NCBI RefSeq assembly: GCF_964204645.1 | Contig: NC_134025.1 | Coordinates: forward strand, 24,594,299 to 24,658,298 | Reading direction: 5' to 3' | DNA length: 64,000 nt | From: Tubulanus polymorphus | Taxonomy: Eukaryota; Animalia; Nemertea | Part shown: positions 53,701 to 64,000 of the stretch, piece after piece | Layout: every line of letters starts with the position of its first letter | How positions within the stretch are numbered: the stretch's first letter is position 1 | Position numbers and translations under genes: made by a program | Notes under the pieces: model-generated | What the model saw: the letters and a program-made list of their open reading frames with translations, nothing else | What the model was told of the DNA's origin: nothing | Database searches by the model: none

Positions 53701-54450
53701 ACTCCATTTCATTGATGTACCTGAATAATGCTAACTCTGTGGCGCTTGAATGTTTCTATAGCTTCTGGGTGACTACGACACATTTCATTACTATGACCTA
53801 AAGTGATGTTTGTATTATCACCCCAGCTGAAGGTATCATTAAAACCTGTTGATTTAAAACAGAAAATCATTCAGCTAAAGAGAATCTTCGACTGAGAATA
53901 TTCAAGGCAAGACCGTAAGGTAAAGAATGTTGAAAGTTTCATTATCAAATGTACCTCCAGTAAATGACACATATGGTGGGCGATCCTTAGTCAGAATATC
54001 AAAAGCAATGAGTCCATCTCGGTCTAGGTTTTGTAAGTTTATACCTGGTTGCTACATAAAATGAGAAAAAAAACTAATCTACAAAACATATGATAAAATA
54101 AAGAGGGTTTCAAGCACAGGGTTTCAGTGCAAGCGTACCGATATGAAAAGACGAGCCACATCAATTTGACCATAGAACAAAGCTCTATGCAGAACTGTCC
54201 AACCTGATTCTTGATCTTTCTGTTTAACGTCGACTTTACCGTGCTCCAATAACCATTCCAGAAGTTCGACCTTGCCACATGACGCAGCCATTAATACAAC
54301 TGACATGCCGTGAGCGTTGGTCAGACTCAAACTGTTCGGACATCTTTGCAAATACGCTTTCACCTGGTTCAAAGAACCTTTGGTGACAGCGCAAACCATT
54401 TCGTTCACGTGATTTTTTGAGCGACATTTCAGACTACAATCAATTTCCAT
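47712..54450 (-). CDS. IBTK: Inhibitor of Bruton tyrosine kinase homolog (ankyrin repeats, RCC1 repeats, two BTB domains; CUL3 adaptor), more than 20 exons
   Basis: MEIDCSLKCRSKNH, ESGWTVLHRALFYG, YTCGHGRGGRLGHGDE, FGNQRKPAHKYILASRS, HCHKCVLCARSEYFNSML, LKNAAELMEFASLYNASQLK, KPLSLIQ|IEEQAMQELL. Stop TAA at 47712-47714. Confidence 0.95.
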
Positions 54451-55657
54451 GTTGTTGAATCACTTGAGATAATTGAATTGAACTCGCACAAAACTCATTC
54501 CATTTTCGATGATAATAATACTGTAGTACGAGTCTCAAAAAGAAAATCTGTGATATAAGAAAGAGAACTAATTCATCAACAAGTTAATGTTGACAGTATA
54601 CAGGAAGAACAGGGAACAAGGATGAGCGAGGTTAAGCAAGGTTGATCTAGTGAGGACTAGAGTTAAGTAGGCCTAGCTGATATAACAGATACGTGTAGGC
54701 CCCTATAGATCCTAGGGCCTGCTAGGTTAGTACCTAGCAATTGTTCCCATTAGGGGAACCCAGACATCGTCTAGCATCTAAAGGGCCTGCTAATGTGTAG
54801 TCAGTTACACCTGTCTATGTGGTTTAGTTTCACGATCAGATATTTTCACGTCTGATTATCTTACCACCAACGATAAGGTAGCCTAACTTCGTCCCTTCTA
54901 TGATCAGGCATAGGCCTAGTTGGTTACCTAATCCTTGTTGGTAAGCTTCTTCCCATCGGATGGGCTTGAACTTATACCAACCATATATATTGCTTTGTAA
55001 AAATATCCATTGTGAAACTAAACCGGACAGGTTGCCTGGTCGCTATCTTATCTTTTTGATGTGTGTGGCAAGTGAGATTGACAGAGGATGTTGCCTGTTA
55101 GTGTTGTTGGGATGAGATGTCCGAGACGTGGGGTCCGACTTCTGTTATTCTAGTTTTCAATTCAAAGGCACTGGTGATATGTGGTGTGAGTCGATAGAAT
55201 GACTGTTGTATGAATGAGAATTCCAATGCGGATGAATAATCTGAATGAACGAGAGGCCGAGGAGGTCGAGGGAGGAGGGGAGGGGAGGAGATTGATGACG
55301 ATGTGACGCTGTATGTATCCAGCGGCTTGTATTTATCTGATCGATGTAGATTAAACAAACAGTGACTAAATCAGATAATGGCATTTTGGACTAGTTGACA
55401 AATGTGATATCCACGTCGCTGTTCTAAGGTATTCACGTGTAAATTAGGCTGGAAAAAGAAACTTACAAATTCATAATATTCATTACATCGGCATTCAACA
55501 AATTAAATCTAATACGCCGACCAATGGTTCTTTCGCATTGCTCAGAAACTGAACCCAACCAACCGTAAATGCCTTGAGTTCGAATCCCAAATAATGATCT
55601 CGATGAAAACGAGCTGAAAATGCGCAAGTTTATATTCAGTCAAGACAATGCCCTAAT

Positions 55658-55803
55658 CACCGGGTCTCGTATTTGAAGTGTGGGTGAACTGTAGCTTGGA
55701 TCATCCAGTATCCGTGGTACTAGGCCTATATAGGAAAATTAACCAGGGATACTGGATGATCTACTAGAAGTTCACCGACAAACTTCAGATACAAGCCCAT
55801 GTG
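55658..55803. mobile_element. ~145-bp imperfect hairpin MITE between the CEP97 3' end and the IBTK promoter
   Basis: GGGTCTCGTATTTGAAGTGTGGGTGAACT..GATCATCCAGTATCC pairs with GGATACTGGATGATC..AGTTCACCGACAAACTTCAGATACAAGCCC. Confidence 0.7.
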
Positions 55804-57128
55804 ACACTAATTCGGGTGAACAAAATCAACAATCTACAACTCATGTGGTATATGGAATGAATTTATTGTGGGATATATATCCACTCATCACAGGATACAT
55901 AGAATATTCATATCGCAGATGGAACAAGTGCAGCATTTATAGTAATTCTATACATTTCACATTCTACATTGAAGGTCCGATTATCCGTATCTGTAGATCT
56001 GCAGCCCATGTATTCTAAACGAGACCCTACTACTAAGAAGTTCAAAGATACTATATCTACATTTCTAATTCAAGATAGCAATAATCAACACAAATCAATA
56101 CACTACTTCAGATGACAGTAATTAATTAAAGTAGACTATAAAACTTGTAGCTCCAGGCTAAAAGTAACTAATAATACAAACATTGTATTTATTAACAAAC
56201 ATTTTTGTCAATTAGATCCTACATTTATGCTGAAGATATAGTCTATATACATAGACGTACGATCAAGCAGATATTACACTATATATTCATTCAATATAAT
56301 TCGACATAAACTAGAAAATCAAATTTCATTATCATTCATAGATCAACACTGCACCAGGCAGCTAATTGAGGGTAATATAAGATTTACTAACTACATTCGC
56401 TATATAATGATAATCTACATCAAAGTCTTTTATCTTTTAAGGGCAATATAGAATTGATTAAAAAGCTGAAGCATTCTAAGTAAAAAGATTTTCATCGTTT
56501 TGTGATATATAAATAGAAATAATCAACCTGTGTAAAAATTTGTGAAAATGTTGGAATTTATTGTTGATTTTACCAACAACAATTGCTACCCAAAATGGAA
56601 TGTCATTTTTTTCAATGTTTTGGATACCACGAGGAATGAAAAATCTCAAGAGCTGAACGAATGTTTCTTTAAAATAAATGCATTGAAATAGAGCAGACTT
56701 GTGCAATAAAAGCAACAAACACGAATACAGGTACATGTACAAGCTTCGTCATATACACATAATTAAGTGAAGTACAAATCAAAACTATCTTAGTTACACA
56801 GTAATACATGCACTTCATGACATAACACGCTAGGTAATTTCAATCTAAACTACAGACGCAGAGATATTGGCTTCAGCCTATGAAGGAAATTCTTTACTCT
56901 CTTATTATCATAGAGGAACTTTTAACTCAACTAGATATGTATAATCATTAATTTTTCGTTGTGCCAGCATTGGATCAAAGTGCTACTACTCTTTCTGTAT
57001 TATTACTGATGTCAATTGCAAAGAAGCAAACCTGGAAAATGTCATGCATACACATTTAATAAGCCTGTTAACACGTTATGATTGAGAACTTGCATTTAAA
57101 GCGTAATATATCTCCGAAATTTCAATTT

Positions 57129-60100
57129 TCAAGCTTTTAAATTGCTCTTCATTTTCGATAGAAAATCGATTTGTTTCAATTTCGATTTTTGCTTATCGGC
57201 TTTAGTCTCTTGGCCTTTTATGATGACCATGTGTTTTTGGCTAGGGCTACGCGGGGCATTCGGCGATGTAGCTCGTGCCCCATCAGTATACACTGTTTCG
57301 TTTTGGGCATATGTCTGGTGCTGCATATCACCGACCGGAGCTTTATCAGGCAAGATACGTGATCTAAATGAGGACGTACGACGCAGATTCGCCTCATCGA
57401 TCGGATCATTACTCAATAAGAGTTTAGCTTTCAGAGACGTACTACGACGAACGGTAACCGGTTTAGTACGATCTCTTTTAACAGCAGCTGATGGATTTTC
57501 ACTAAGCTCCTTGTTCGGCTCCTCGGCCATCTGAGGCAATTGTTCCGATTGTATAACCACCCCTGCGGCTAGCGCGGAGTCTATTTTTTGAGAGCCTAGT
57601 CCTAATTTCAATTTAACTCTACCCTGTTCATCGACGAGGTCTCGCGTCGGACTGATCCGATAACGATCGGGTAAGTAACTACCTTTCGGCGATCCACTAC
57701 GGTGTAGATTAACTCTCGCTTGTAGCTCCTTCGTCAAACTTTCACTAGATCGATGTGTTTCATTTTTAATGTGGGTTTGCGCGACTGGTTTTTGCATTTT
57801 ATTCAGTACTTGTTCTTTCGGCGAAGCACGGGAAGGCAAAGCATCACTAGGACTCGGAGTGGGAGAACCAGGATGCCGACTCATGCTATCCTAAAAGACA
57901 TGTTACATGATCATGATTAGTAATGTATTAAATCAAGAATTAACACATAAACAACACATAAACAATATACCTGGTAACATAATGACAAAAGAATATTAAA
58001 CTATCTCTTCCACCGCTAAAATTTACAACGGATAACATGCAAAACTGCGACTTCACTTACTACGTACATGTGTAATGTTGGCTAGGAACAAATTTCAGTG
58101 TTTTTTTTATAAATAGGTAGAAATGCAATGATCCTGTAACATTGATTAAGACACAAATCAGTGCATGTGATATACAAAGTGAAGTTGCAGCGTGAAATTT
58201 CGACAAAAGTGATTAAGAAATGATTTTAACCTGTCAATTTAAAAGCTGTTAGCTTGAACACTCTGCCCTTTCCTGAAAATGTTAGATGCAACAAAACTAA
58301 CCAACAATTAGAGACAATTTAGGTGTGTTAAAATCAATAAGCAGATTTGATAATATACCATTAACTACTGATTATTAATTGCAGTTGTGAACTGGAATGT
58401 AGCGAGGAAATGGACAAGACAGGAAATGTACTACGTATTATTTTATTGTACACAGAAATCACAAGTCTGATTTAGATACCGGGTACCTATTAGGATGATT
58501 ATGCAGATTAAATGATCATAAATACTTTAGGCCAATTTCTACGGATTTCGGCACAAATCACTCAGAAATATCATATTGGGTATGCGATAAAAACAAATAC
58601 TTATTGGTATAAAATGAGATCTAGGAATCATTTATCTAAGAATTATTAACATTGATTAGATGGGAAAGGGACTTCATAAATAGCTTACCATAGAATTACT
58701 CTTGGGTAATGCCACATCTGTAACATCGGGAGATGGCCCACCATCCTGAAAATTGTTAGTGAAGTTAGCACAAGTGCACAATTGAATGAAAAATTGATAT
58801 ATAATTGGTCCACGATTCTCATTGGCTTTCGATTCTTCGAGAAAATGTATCTGGGATCTACATCGATGACATGAAGGTCAGGAAAGACATTAAACATATC
58901 AAAGGATATTTTTCAATATCCTAAGTAAATATTTTCATGAATTAAAAACAACCAAAATCACGCATAAGTGATAAGTGAACACATCACATGTATTAGAGCA
59001 CACAACAAGCTTAAATAAGGTACCGGTATATGTCCATACATAGATTAAGCATTCATTATATTTTGGTTTATAGCAATAGCTTAAACTTACCTCGGAACAA
59101 GATGCACTGCGGGTCCTTTCGCGACGTCTATGGACTACTGGTCTATTTGACAATGGAGAGCTGGCATCAGTGGAAAATTCATCATCCACAGCAGACCTGA
59201 AACAAAATGAGTTCCTGATAAATGTATCAACCGCAAGAAGGGAATAGTGAATAAAAGTTATAGCCGAGATGTATGGAGGTAATCCCTCGATTCAATCTAA
59301 TAGGAAAGGAAAGATTTAATACCTGCTGCTTGTTCCAATAGCACTGTCATCTTTGACAACCTTTGGTGAAGAAATGCTTTCAGATTTCCAGCCATCTCCT
59401 TGATTCTCTAGTAGATTCTGTGTTTCGTCCATGAATGGTGATTTAAGTACGGTTTCACCCAAAATACTCGCGCTGCTCGTCAAACTGCTCGATTCCGACG
59501 CATCTTGTGAACTGAGCATCGTCATTTGACTCTCGTTTGGCAAAGGGATGCTAGATTCGACGGTGGCAGCCTTGTGGTCTGAAGCCGCTACCACGTGGCT
59601 AGTCACATCAACTGAAGTAGATACCTCGGGTGGTAGAACTTTAGGCGAGTGACCTCTCTCATTCGAACGTGGTTTTATTGGAGATTTAATTTCCGGCGGA
59701 GTTTCCGTGTTCTCTTTGTTGCTCTCGTAATCGCTATCCATCTGTTGTACTATTTTTGGGTCGGGTGTATTTTTCTCCGATGATCGCATGCGCCGGTGAG
59801 TACGAACGATCTTTGGTGTATGTTGAGGGCTGTTCTGAGATTCGTCGTCAACAGCAACAGGAATTTTTTCAGTACTGCCACCATGTTCGGATTTGTTGAT
59901 TTCTGCTTTGATCTTATCTCCCCAAGACAATTTACGAACACGAATGCTACCCAGCATCGGTGAGGGTGGGTTGTTGTGCGGAACACCTCCTCCTTTTCGT
60001 GAAACCATTAGGACATTCGAGTTGAATGATTCTCCAAGCGCAGATACAGCTCGCACATAAATTCTGCAAAGAATCCAGATAATGCTTATTTAAAGATTTT

Positions 60101-63100
60101 CACATTCTATGGACTATTTCTTTTTTAGTCTGAAAGATATAACTTGAACACATCCTGGCACCAACTTGGTGAAATACATACTTATAGATCAATCTCGGGT
60201 CCATTCCGCCCAAAACAGCCCTAGTACGCCCGCTAGCAACCATCCCCTTCGGCAAATCATTGACATAGATGCGATAGCCTATAACAAAATAAATATTTTT
60301 TCACATGAGATTGAGCCAGATAACATAAACGAATGTTTAAAATCAGGAATCTCTAGAAAATCGCACGCTTCAATTACCTATAACTGGTCGTTTACTTTCT
60401 GTGCCTTCGCTGTTGATACAAAAGGAAGGCTGCCACTCCAATGCAAAGCTCGTCTCACTGCGGTCATACGTGACAAGTTCGGCTGGAGGTATGGGTGTTC
60501 CGGGGAATGGCGCTTTATTTTCAGCTATTTCAGAATTCGCAGGTTCGGATTGTCCTTCTGAAATACCAGTACACCGGGATATGAACATATGAGATTTTTG
60601 CTATTCAACAAGAATACATATAACTGAATGAATAGAAGTATTACCCCAACCATCGGGATCTCTTTTCTGTTTTGATTTAACATCCGGAGTTTCATTCAAA
60701 TCAGCAACAACTCTTATAGGGTCATCCTCTGAATCAGTCGCAGCTGTGCCTTGAAATACGTAGTTTGTAACGGTTGATAACGTTTCCTGCATTTGGTAAA
60801 CTTGATTTTGTAAATTAGCACACATCTGCGTGAGCTGAGACACTGTGTCACCAGACGGTTTTCTTTCACGTTCAGCGGAACTTTTTCGTTCTTTGTCACC
60901 CGATGATTTGCGCTCTCTCAGTGGAATCGAGGATACATTGACTTTTCCATTTTTTCCATGTCCATTGATTGAAGTAGATGTGCACATTTCTTCTTTCCAT
61001 TTCTGTAAGTTTTGTACCTGAAAGCCAAGAAAATAATTGAATAATATTTGCATGACGATGTCGTCTTCATCATAACATAATAGTCATAGATTGCTCTGAA
61101 ACTCACTTCTTTCCAAATAAACTTGACACCTTCCCACTGCAATACCCGCAATTTCTTCTCTTCTTCGTACAAAAGTACATTACTGTTCAGAAAGCAAAAA
61201 TACAGAACCACTAAAAATCCAATAATTCGCGTAGTTCTAGAATAACGTCAATTAACCGTTTCTTACCGCTCGACTTCTTGACGAAGATGTTGGATGTGAT
61301 CCTCAGCCCGTTTGGCTCTTATCTCCATGCGTACAGCTATGATACGTGGATCATTACATCGTGCCAGGTATCCTCTCCAGATACTCTGTATGATACATGC
61401 TGCGCTATGCTGCCTCTTGTCTATAAATCAAATAGATAGAGTTGTATGAATAAGGAAAGGGGTGAATACAGAGTTGAAATTAATGAATTTTATACCTGAC
61501 TCTGTATCTGGTATGTCCTTTAATTTAACTTTCTTGCTTTCATCTTTCAGTAATTTATTCAGTTCAGTGTGCAGAACGGGATGGTGTTCAAGTTTTGAAT
61601 CGGCCACGGTGAAACTACCCGTCTGCATCGGTGGAAATTCTGGTTTCTTGTTGTGTTTCTCGACATTGATTCGAGGACTCATTTCCGAGAAACTTGGTGC
61701 GCCAACCGGTGTCTTCAGGCGAGGATGAGTCTGGATGTAGAAAAATACTACCAGTTCACCAAACGTTTCTATTGATGTTGAAATAGTCAAACACAGTTAA
61801 TAGATAACAGCAGATTCTTACCTGTTTATATCCCTTCTCAGAAAGCTCCTCAGATTCCTCAGATCTACGAACGCTTTTTGGCTTGCGGTCATTACTGTTT
61901 GTACTAGCTCCGGTTTCAGCCTCTTCCCCTTCAGAACTAACAACAGGAGCTGTTGCTGGTCGTTTTCTACTGCGGTTGGCATCCCCTATATCTTCTTGCT
62001 GGAGAGATAAACAGCAATCGATGCATTAATTTTCCATTAATTTTCCAGATGTCGCTGTTTGTTGATAAAATAAATGCAAAAGAACGTACAGACTCCTCCA
62101 AAAAACTATCCGAGACGTTTTCTTCGGCTAACGTCTGGGCAACTGTTGCAGACATAAATTTAGCAGCGAATCGAGACCGTGATTCCTGGTTGAACGTTTT
62201 GATTGGTTTATCTTCAGCAGTGGTTTTAGACTTCAACATGGCTTCTGATGGTGAATTACTAGTGCGTGAGCTGGCTGATCCACTACTGCTACTGCGAGCT
62301 CGGCCACTCACAGGATTCGAATTATCGCCGATTATTTGAGGTCGCGCTTGTTGTTGCTGTTGCATGAAAGAAATAACAATGCTTAACATAAAATCGCTTG
62401 AACAGTGAGATAAGAAAACTAACGGTGCCGAAATCAATAAGAAACAACGAAAGATTACCTCGGGAGATTTTGTGTCAACTGGTAAATATACAGAATCCGA
62501 ATCCAACAAGCTTGTGTCACTCGGACCCTTGGCTAAATCACTACCTACAACCATAGAATATAGAACAATTGTTTCACTTGTATGCGTAAATGTAACCGGT
62601 ATGCATAAATGAATATTAGCGACAAAGATAGAATGTTTAGGGTAGAGTGCACTGTGTATTACATACAACATTGACACCCAAGGACGAGGAAGCTCAGATG
62701 AAAATGAAGAACAAGTAAAGACTATCACCTACCTTCCACATCTTGCACTTCCAGATCAGTAGCAGCGATACTTTTCTGAGGACCGCTCATGTGTAAAGAG
62801 GATTCCATTTCAGATTGTGTGCCTAAGAATTAAGTGATATGGATCAAGACACTATTCGAGAAGCAGCTTTCCATTATACAATATCGAATGAATTAATGAT
62901 ACTATAGGTACGTACGATGTGACCAAGCTTTGACTGGAGGTTTATCGTATGAACCAGCATATAGACTAGCAGGTGATTCAATTGAGTAAAGCTGAGGTGT
63001 CTCCTCCCCTCTAGAACCTACAAATATGTTTGATAATTATCAAAATACATAATATACAGTCCAATAAAAAAAATCGATTGTCAACACAAAAATTTCAGCT

Positions 63101-63922
63101 TGAATTCAAAAATACTGAATGATAGACAAAATGTCAACTCACTTTTAGGTGATGATTTTTGTGTGCTATCTATTGGCAGTGATTTTATCTTGTCTTGCGA
63201 AGACTGTTTAATCAGTTCCTGTTGATGCAGACGTTGCTTGTCAAGAATTTTGATAAGTTTTTCATCTTCTTCACTCGTAAGCTATCACAAGAAACAGAAT
63301 CTTGCAGAATTTTCAATATCCCGGTTTTACAAATACAAATAATGGTTAATGAAAGCTCACAAACCTGTGATGCAGTTGTAAGTGGACATACACCAGCCAA
63401 ATACTGTATCAATTGTATATGTTGACCACAACGAAAATGGCGACCTTTGCCTTGACTAAATAGCCACTCAGCTTTTAAACTACAAGAAATATGAACAATA
63501 TGCTCAACTCAATCAAAATGGATGAGATTAAGAAACTCAATACGATATCTGTGGAATTAACAGCAGAAATTGAGGATATCTGTGGAACAAACCTTTCTTT
63601 TTCAGTAATGATATATCCATCTAAGACTCTCAGATTGATACACCAGTTCACCACAAATGGTCGATAATCATACGCACTTAGAAAACGAATCAAGGAAATC
63701 TTTTTATTAGTCGGCAATCAAAATGGACTACTTAAGTCATCAAGAATTAGAGATTAATATCTATGCATCATTTAGCATCAGTGAATAGAATTGGCCCTAT
63801 TTAAATTCATGATTACACATTTCATTGGTAAAAGGATACTGCACTGCCGTGGTCATGGTCACACATGGGTTGTTCATGACGGAAAGCTGCTCTAGATAAG
63901 AAAGTGAACTCAAGTTCATAAC
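57129..63922 (-). CDS. CEP97: Centrosomal protein 97 kDa homolog, 3' part (end of LRR/LRRcap, IQ motif, coiled coil, FN3 domain, long Ser/Pro-rich tail); 5' exons lie beyond the window
   Basis: [41 protein letters not shown]|[37 protein letters not shown] motif AACIIQRVWRGYLAR, and [23 protein letters not shown]. Phase-compatible exons continue to MKSNLKA* at 57129. Confidence 0.92.
63677..63839 (-). other. U12-type (minor spliceosome) GT-AG intron in CEP97
   Basis: Donor CA|GTATCCTTTT. Branch point TTCCTTGAT about 12 nt upstream of the acceptor AAG. Splicing keeps the frame (TAVH AYDYRP). Confidence 0.9.
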
Positions 63923-64000
63923 CTATAAAATGAAGACGAAATTGTAGTAATAAACCATAGAAAATATGTTGACAAAACACAGGTCATATTCCTTAGATTC

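Noticed and set aside
57142-57534. Plus-strand ORFs antisense to coding exons (also 16060-16347, 45973-46236, 61953-62339)
   Set aside because: These are shadow ORFs of real exons on the opposite strand, with no independent evidence.
58900-58910. ATATCCTTT on the minus strand as an AT-AC U12 donor in CEP97
   Set aside because: It lies mid-intron; the flanking exons already join in frame through canonical GT-AG sites.
61967-62728. 253-aa ORF as an independent gene
   Set aside because: It reads through short stop-free introns of CEP97; only the exonic parts are coding.

Overview
AT-rich, gene-dense eukaryotic (metazoan invertebrate, probably lophotrochozoan-type) genomic DNA with many short GT-AG introns. 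It is not prokaryotic, and I see no CRISPR array, rRNA or intact tRNA. Ten or eleven spliced protein-coding genes can be rebuilt by hand, in this order: BTBD7 (3' part, +); an orphan secreted-type ORF and an orphan mucin-like single-pass membrane protein (+, possibly one gene); TMEM39A/B (-) head-to-head with a stand-alone AK5-like dimerization/docking-domain gene (+); SETD4 (-); PPP6R3/SAPS (-) head-to-head with PPP1R32/SAXO4 (+); a secreted PAN+EGF+Ser-Gly protein (-); IBTK (-); and CEP97 (3' part, -). Introns and UTRs carry several MITEs. The most notable observations are: (i) a 318-bp foldback element with a perfect 9-bp target-site duplication whose terminal inverted repeats contain tRNA-like Pol III boxes; (ii) an intact U12 intron in CEP97 and an apparent fossil U12 donor nested in a U2 donor in TMEM39; (iii) a CEP97 with an FN3 domain and long C-terminal extension; (iv) a kinase-less AK5-type D/D protein; (v) a Harbinger-type MITE sitting next to its own empty site. 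Gene names come from recalled similarity to known proteins, not from a database search.
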